From a bacterium (lineage in GTDB: Bacteria > CG2-30-53-67): DNA of 64,000 nt. The translations under genes and the position numbers were made by a program. The stretch's first letter is position 1. Each line of letters begins with the position of its first letter. Where the stretch lies: NCBI GenBank assembly GCA_919901565.1, contig CAKKPE010000014.1:37908-101907 (forward strand), given 5' to 3'. A model generated the notes under the pieces. That model searched no databases. It saw only the letters and a list, made by a program, of their open reading frames with translations, and was not told the origin of the DNA. Positions 58,648-64,000 of the stretch are shown here, piece after piece.

Positions 58648-61069
58648 TCTTTACGCCTCCATCGTCATCATCAGCAAGCTTTACAGAAGGATAGTTTATC
58701 CTCTGATGATAAATGCTGTTCAAGATCGGAACCATCCTCTTCTTTATTCTCCACAAATCCTTGAGCGTCAGATCGCACTCATCCAATTGCCCGTCAAGAT
58801 AGATCCTTTCCATGATCTTGTTGACCATCCCTTCGATCCTTGAAGGCGTCGGGTTTGTCAGCACGCGTGAAGCAGCCTCCAGTGCATCTGCAATCATAAC
58901 AATGGCCGCCTCCTGGGTTTGAGGCTTGGGACCGGGGTATCGGTAATCCTCCTCCTTGACGGTATGCATCTCGGGATCCTCCATATCTTTTGCCTTCTGG
59001 TAGAAAAAGGTAATGAGGCCCGTTCCATGATGCTGCCGTAGAATGTCGAGGATGGCCGGAGGGAGTTTATTCTCCCTGGCTATTTCAGCCCCATCCTTGA
59101 CATGAGAAATCAATATCAAGGCGCTCATGCTCGGTGTAAGTTTGTCATGAGGGTTCTCGAGATTGATCTGGTTTTCCACAAAATATTCCGCCTTCTGGAT
59201 CTTGCCGATATCATGGTACAGGGAACTGACCCGTGCCAGAAGCGGGCTGGCGCCCACCGCCTCTGCAGCTTCTTCAGAAAGATTTCCTACCATGAGAGAG
59301 TGCTGGTACGTGCCGGGGGCATGGACCAGGAGATCCTTCAGAACCCGCTGGTTGGTATCTGACAGTTCAAGGAGACGGATGTCTGTTGTGATCCTGAACA
59401 ATGTCTCAAGGAGCGGGACCACCCACGAAACCAGTACAGAAACCAGTATTCCCCCGATAAATGCAAATATGGTATTATCAAGCCCTTTCTGGAATGTGAA
59501 ATCATTGTGCACCATCAATATGGTAAGCGCTGTTATGGCATTGGCTGCACCGACTCTGAGACCGCCCCTCAGAAGGGCACTCCGTCTTCTGCAGTTCTGG
59601 ACCGTCATTGCGGCGGTCACGTTCCCGACAAGTGAATACAGAGTAAAAGAGAGATCTTCATGGATCATAATGCCTGAAAGAATGCTGATAATCAGGATGG
59701 GGAAAATAAAGATTCTGACTTCGAACAGAACACCGATCAGCATACCGCAGAATGCGTAAGGGATGGCATAGAGGATCGAAGTGGGTTCCACGGATTCGAG
59801 GTTGGACATGACTATCCTGGCTATCCAGTAGAAGATCTTATTTATGGCCAGAGAACTTACAATGATCAGACCAAGAAGCGTCAGCCTTTGCAGATCGGCG
59901 GCTATAGACCGTTTGAACCGGTTTATATAAAAAAGGAATATATAGAGAAGAATGGCATTAAACAATACCAGGCCGAAAAAAACAAGGGACAAGTTGCTTC
60001 CTCTCTGGACGGCATTCAGGGCATTCATTTTGGAAAGGTGTTCTTCAGTAACCTTTTCCCCTTCCCGTATAATCATCTCGCCCTTTTTGATTTTATAAAA
60101 AACGGTCTTTACGGCATCCATGGCCTGAACCTTCCTGTATTCGGTATCATGTTTGTTGAAGGTCAGGTTCGGGACCACAAGACCCATGGCTACATCCTTC
60201 ATCGCTTTAACCTTATCCCTCGCCATGTCGTCTATGATCGGGTCCGAATATTGTTCTATAAGTTCCCGGGCGGTTTCCAGATCAAGAAAGACCGTGGTAT
60301 CTGTGATCACTTTCTCATATTTCTCTTCCACCCCTTTGATGATGATCCCTTTCCCGGCCTCGTTGAGCAGAAGCTCCGGACTGCTGACCACACCACGGCT
60401 CATCACGGCCTTCAGCATAGCCCCGATGGCAGCGGCATTTTCAGGAGCAAAGCCATCCCTTTTCAGGATCTTCAGGACATTTGGAGACAGCTTCAGATTC
60501 AGGGTATCTTCGAAGGTCCTCAGGCCCTCGTCGAATAGCTGCTGTTCCGTTTTCTGCGCAAGGGTATGACCTGCGGCCGGTTCCTTCGCTCCGGTCTTTT
60601 TCTGATTCAAATCTTCTCTTCCGAGAGCGTTATCCTCTCGCAGTTTTTTATCCAGGTAGTAACGATTCATGTCGGAAAAGGCTTTTTTTATCTTTCTTTG
60701 AAGGGTGTCAATGAGGGATAGATCGAAATCGTAGACCGAATGGGATTCCTGCGCAACTTGCAGACGTTTCTCTTCTGTAGCCTTGACATCAGGTACATCA
60801 AAATCCTGCGGGGCCTTGATGTTCACAGGACAGATACTTCCTATCTGATATTTAGATGGGACAAACTGAATCTCCGGAAGCAGCAATAAGCTCAAAATCA
60901 GAACGACCCCGGAGGCCAGTAAACCTTTCTGGAATATACTGCTCTTGTAAAAGGCCACGTCCTGTATCTTCCATCCGCCCTTGAAAAATTTCCGGACTTT
61001 TTCCCGCAGTTCCTGGATACGGCCGGAAAGGGTCTTTTTCTTTTTTCTCTTTTCTATTCCGCCGTTCAT
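58553..61069 (-). CDS. 7TM-HD (HDIG, PgpH-like) membrane phosphohydrolase
   Basis: Extracellular N-terminal region, 7 TM helices, and an HD domain (SLYHDIGK). Confidence 0.85.
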   Translation of the reverse strand: MNGGIEKRKKKKTLSGRIQELREKVRKFFKGGWKIQDVAFYKSSIFQKGLLASGVVLILSLLLLPEIQFVPSKYQIGSICPVNIKAPQDFDVPDVKATEEKRLQVAQESHSVYDFDLSLIDTLQRKIKKAFSDMNRYYLDKKLREDNALGREDLNQKKTGAKEPAAGHTLAQKTEQQLFDEGLRTFEDTLNLKLSPNVLKILKRDGFAPENAAAIGAMLKAVMSRGVVSSPELLLNEAGKGIIIKGVEEKYEKVITDTTVFLDLETARELIEQYSDPIIDDMARDKVKAMKDVAMGLVVPNLTFNKHDTEYRKVQAMDAVKTVFYKIKKGEMIIREGEKVTEEHLSKMNALNAVQRGSNLSLVFFGLVLFNAILLYIFLFYINRFKRSIAADLQRLTLLGLIIVSSLAINKIFYWIARIVMSNLESVEPTSILYAIPYAFCGMLIGVLFEVRIFIFPILIISILSGIMIHEDLSFTLYSLVGNVTAAMTVQNCRRRSALLRGGLRVGAANAITALTILMVHNDFTFQKGLDNTIFAFIGGILVSVLVSWVVPLLETLFRITTDIRLLELSDTNQRVLKDLLVHAPGTYQHSLMVGNLSEEAAEAVGASPLLARVSSLYHDIGKIQKAEYFVENQINLENPHDKLTPSMSALILISHVKDGAEIARENKLPPAILDILRQHHGTGLITFFYQKAKDMEDPEMHTVKEEDYRYPGPKPQTQEAAIVMIADALEAASRVLTNPTPSRIEGMVNKIMERIYLDGQLDECDLTLKDLWRIKKRMVPILNSIYHQRINYPSVKLADDDDGGVKNEGMGQPAAEIAKSAKKAGDVSIEKSLRKRE

Positions 61070-62037
61070 CAGCCTTCCTTCTTTCTTTCATGTCGTTCGT
61101 ATGCACGGATTATGTCCTGGACCAGTTTGTGCCGGATGACATCCTTGTTCGTAAACAATGCAATGTGAATACCCTTGATCCCATGAAGGATCCCCTGTAC
61201 CTGGATCAGACCGGATTGTTTGTCCTTTGGGAGGTCCACCTGAGTGATGTCCCCGGTCACTACAACCTTGGAATTGAAACCGAGCCGTGTGAGAAACATC
61301 TTCATCTGTTCCGGTGTTGTGTTCTGTGCCTCATCCAGAATAATGAAAGAATCATTTAAAGTCCTTCCTCGCATGTAGGCCAACGGAGCAATCTCAATGG
61401 TCCCGCGTTCGACCAAACGGTTGGCTTTTTCCGGATCCATCATGTCGAAAAGAGCATCATAGAGCGGTCTGAGATAGGGATGGATCTTCTGATAAAGATC
61501 TCCCGGCAGGAATCCGAGATGTTCTCCGGCCTCAACCGCAGGGCGTGTCAGGATTATCCTCCCGTATTCCTTGCTCGTCAGTTTCGAGACGGCCATGGCC
61601 ATAGCCAGATAGGTCTTGCCTGTCCCTGCCGGACCGATTCCTAATACAATATCGTAGGCGGCGATGGCATCGATATATTTCTTTTGTGCCGGGGTTTTGG
61701 GAACGATCACTTTCTTGCGGGAAGGAACCCGAATCCCGTCGGCGGCGAGCTCTTTGAGCACGGTCTTACCGTGATCACCCATGGCCCGGATGGAATACTC
61801 AATGTCCTCCGGACGGATACGCCCATCGGAAAGAGACCTGTTTAATTCCTCAATCACCGATCTGGCCTGGTCGACTTTCCCTGATTCTCCATGAATCTCC
61901 AGCATCTTGCCGCGTGCTGCAACCTTGATCTCAAAGACTTCCTCGATCAGGTTCAAATTTTCGTCATTCCTGCCGTAGAGAGACAGCAGATTCTCCGGTT
62001 CCACTTGTAAAAGGGCCTGACCTCTTTTTTCAACCAT
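61069..62037 (-). CDS. phoH: PhoH-like ATPase
   Basis: GPAGTGKTYLA Walker A, in the conserved phoH / 7TM-HD / ybeY context. Confidence 0.9.
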   Translation of the reverse strand: MVEKRGQALLQVEPENLLSLYGRNDENLNLIEEVFEIKVAARGKMLEIHGESGKVDQARSVIEELNRSLSDGRIRPEDIEYSIRAMGDHGKTVLKELAADGIRVPSRKKVIVPKTPAQKKYIDAIAAYDIVLGIGPAGTGKTYLAMAMAVSKLTSKEYGRIILTRPAVEAGEHLGFLPGDLYQKIHPYLRPLYDALFDMMDPEKANRLVERGTIEIAPLAYMRGRTLNDSFIILDEAQNTTPEQMKMFLTRLGFNSKVVVTGDITQVDLPKDKQSGLIQVQGILHGIKGIHIALFTNKDVIRHKLVQDIIRAYERHERKKEG

Positions 62038-62104
62038 TCAATCAACCTGGAAAAAACCGCTGCATGGCCGGTTCATTAATGATATTTGGTTCTTCTCCCA
62101 TTTA

Positions 62105-62328
62105 GTGGGTAAAAGGGGTCGAGGGTTCAAGGGGTCAAGGATTCAAGTGAAATACTTAAACGCAAACAAAATCTCCAGAGAAAAACACTGGAACCCTTGA
62201 CCTCTGATATTTTTAAGCACTTCACTCGACCCCTTGAATCCTTGGCCCCTCGGACCCTCAAGTCTTGAAAAGCACTTCACTTGGCCCCTGGAATCCTTGA
62301 CCCCTTGAACCCTGATGTTTTCACCCAC
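62105..62328. repeat. Family B inverted-repeat element built from TCAAGG words
   Basis: gtgggtaaaaggggtcgagggttcaaggggtcaaggattcaagtgaa... is mirrored by ...ttcacttggcccctggaatccttgaccccttgaaccctgatgttttcacccac. The right arm is duplicated internally. Confidence 0.8.
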
Positions 62329-62408
62329 TCTTTTGGAGATAATCCTGATATTGAAATTGTTATATTATACCTTCGGGCAGGTGATGTGACAAGAGAAAAA
62401 TGTGTGGA

Positions 62409-63701
62409 CTACTGGGGAAGATAGGTCCTCTTCAGGACCGTGAACCGTCTCTCTAAACCTGTATCCATAATACTGGATGATTTGTGTTGAATCCCGGCAT
62501 TTGCCTGTAAATTGAGATAAATCTTAGGAACCGGCGTTCTATGCGGGTTTCCAGGATCAGCCTGATTTGAGGCGATTAAAACCCCGTTGATCTCCGCGCC
62601 CTCCTCAAGACGGACATTGACATCCTGATTGAAACCGGTATTCCTCGGAAGCAGGATAATTAAACCACTAAACTTCCTGTCTTTATTGATGGTCAACCCG
62701 CAGGAATAGTCGCCGTTAGGGTTGAGGTACTCTTCAACGATGAGTATACCGTTCAAGTCCGCATTGACGATCAACTCTCCCTTTATGTATTTGATCGTAG
62801 AGCTGTAGAACTGTTCTGCATCCGGATTATTTTCAGCCCCGGCGATATGATCCGCATTGATTGTAATCTGCCCGCCCTGCACAGGATCAACTTGCCGGCT
62901 GAGCAAGTCGCGTACCTCATGCAGTTCCTGGATGGATGGGTTGGCCAAAACATCGGGCTTCTGTATCACGCCATTCGGTCTGACGAGATCCAGTCCGGCA
63001 GGACCATAATCGGATAATTCCGTATTCAGAGTATCCGTGGTCACCATCCCATCTTTTGTCACGTTATCGCCTTCATCCTTACCATCGATCAATGCGCTGG
63101 AATCCATGCTCAACACGATATCATCATTGATCAGGTTCACCGCACCGTCATAATTGATCAGTACCTGTTCAATCATATAGGAAACCTGGTCTATTCTTTT
63201 CGCCGGATTGCCCTTTTCATACTTGCAGGAAATAAGATAAAATGTTCCATTGATGTCATTCAAGGGATCGTCAGGCAGATTGATTTCAGCCTCATCCTGA
63301 TCGTCCTCGATGCGAACGGAATGGATATATGAGTCCTCCAGGCCGTCCGGATTGCAATAGGTCCCATAAAAATCCTGGGTATTCAGATATAGCCCAAGAA
63401 TAGACGATATGTCGCCGTCCGGCGTGCCATCCCCGTCACTGTCAAAACCAAGAAGGTTTTCGATATTATGAATGCCCATCTGCATAATCGCAGGATTAGT
63501 GTCTGAGATCAGCCCGGTCAGTGAAGCAAGGGCAAGTTCCGCCGCCCCTTCGGAAGCATAAAATTCCTGACCGGATCTATAATCGTTTCCGGCAATCATG
63601 GTATTGATGGTCGTGTTGGTCATGGCCGTAACCGCAAGCAGGGTTAATCCCACAAGAATGAGCAGGGCCGTAACCAGGGCCATACCGCTTTCATTTTTCA
63701 T
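62409..63701 (-). CDS. PilX-like type IV pilus minor pilin/assembly protein
   Basis: N-terminus GMALVTALLILVGLTLLAVTAM matches the PilX N-terminal domain pattern. Its position after a pilW-like gene fits. Confidence 0.6.
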   Translation of the reverse strand: MKNESGMALVTALLILVGLTLLAVTAMTNTTINTMIAGNDYRSGQEFYASEGAAELALASLTGLISDTNPAIMQMGIHNIENLLGFDSDGDGTPDGDISSILGLYLNTQDFYGTYCNPDGLEDSYIHSVRIEDDQDEAEINLPDDPLNDINGTFYLISCKYEKGNPAKRIDQVSYMIEQVLINYDGAVNLINDDIVLSMDSSALIDGKDEGDNVTKDGMVTTDTLNTELSDYGPAGLDLVRPNGVIQKPDVLANPSIQELHEVRDLLSRQVDPVQGGQITINADHIAGAENNPDAEQFYSSTIKYIKGELIVNADLNGILIVEEYLNPNGDYSCGLTINKDRKFSGLIILLPRNTGFNQDVNVRLEEGAEINGVLIASNQADPGNPHRTPVPKIYLNLQANAGIQHKSSSIMDTGLERRFTVLKRTYLPQ

Positions 63702-64000
63702 AATTTGTTCCTCAGGACAACTCTTTTTGTCAGAACAATCCGGCGGTACCCCGATCCTTCAGTGCCGGTGTACCCTGGATCCATGTGCCTTGTACGTGCC
63801 ACGATGGTCAGAATCACCACATTCGGGTTGTAAGTATCAGCCTGGAACACAGGTATGTCCTGTATGTTGTCACCGTTCACATCCTGAATGAAGCTTGCAA
63901 TGATCTCGTTGGTACGGCCGATTCTTTCGGAAACATCATCTCGTGTCGGGTCACCTGTCCTGAATTTAAAGTAATATGTATCACCATCTATATCAATAAT
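63698..64000 (-). CDS. PilW-like type IV pilus minor pilin (partial, runs off the window edge)
   Basis: The frame was checked by hand and stays open to position 64000. The C-terminus is ...RRIVLTKRVVLRNKL. There is an ATGA overlap with the pilX-like gene. Confidence 0.45.
   Translation of the reverse strand: MIDIDGDTYYFKFRTGDPTRDDVSERIGRTNEIIASFIQDVNGDNIQDIPVFQADTYNPNVVILTIVARTRHMDPGYTGTEGSGYRRIVLTKRVVLRNKL

Noticed and set aside
62143-62328. 61 aa ORF with repeated GQGFKGSS-like segments
   Set aside because: It lies entirely inside the family B inverted-repeat element. Its periodic sequence reflects the DNA repeat.
1-64000. rRNA, tRNA, tmRNA genes, prophage blocks, integrons
   Set aside because: Reading the intergenic regions on both strands showed no cloverleaf-like or rRNA-like segments and no phage structural gene clusters. 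This was a by-eye check only. tRNAscan-SE and Infernal would be decisive.

Overview
This is a 64 kb bacterial chromosomal window, mostly around 50-55% GC and densely coding. The gene content (multihaem cytochromes, NrfD-type quinone modules, sigma-54 promoter, type IV pilus genes) suggests an anaerobic Desulfobacterota-like organism, but that is inference only. Most genes are housekeeping: glycogen genes glgB and glgC, glnD, radC, rpsT, holA, acs, pcm, rtcB, an EF-G paralog, smc, ftsY, ybeY, phoH, and pilW/pilX-like minor pilins. Three regions stand out as accessory or unusual. (1) An AT-richer island at about 4950-9580 holds an IS1595-family element, a RelE/YafQ-type toxin-antitoxin pair and three uncharacterised minus-strand genes. 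One of these has a C-terminal HEPN-like Rx4H motif. They look like a three-gene module split by the IS. (2) At 29253-37067 a Tat-exported molybdopterin oxidoreductase is encoded in FeS/NrfD/catalytic-subunit order with a TorD-like chaperone. Two membrane-anchored NapC/NirT-type multihaem cytochromes (11 and 12 CxxCH) flank it. The catalytic subunit has no Cys in the segment where PsrA/PhsA-type enzymes carry the Mo ligand. (3) A five-gene glycan operon at 13557-20850 contains a WecA/MraY-type initiating transferase fused to a degenerate GGDEF domain that keeps an RxxD I-site. The window also carries several families of non-coding repeats. One is a 207 bp MITE with perfect 24 bp TIRs and an 8 bp target duplication, whose ends match the resident IS1595 end. 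No rRNA, tRNA or CRISPR array was found by eye. All family assignments come from motif recognition, not database searches.
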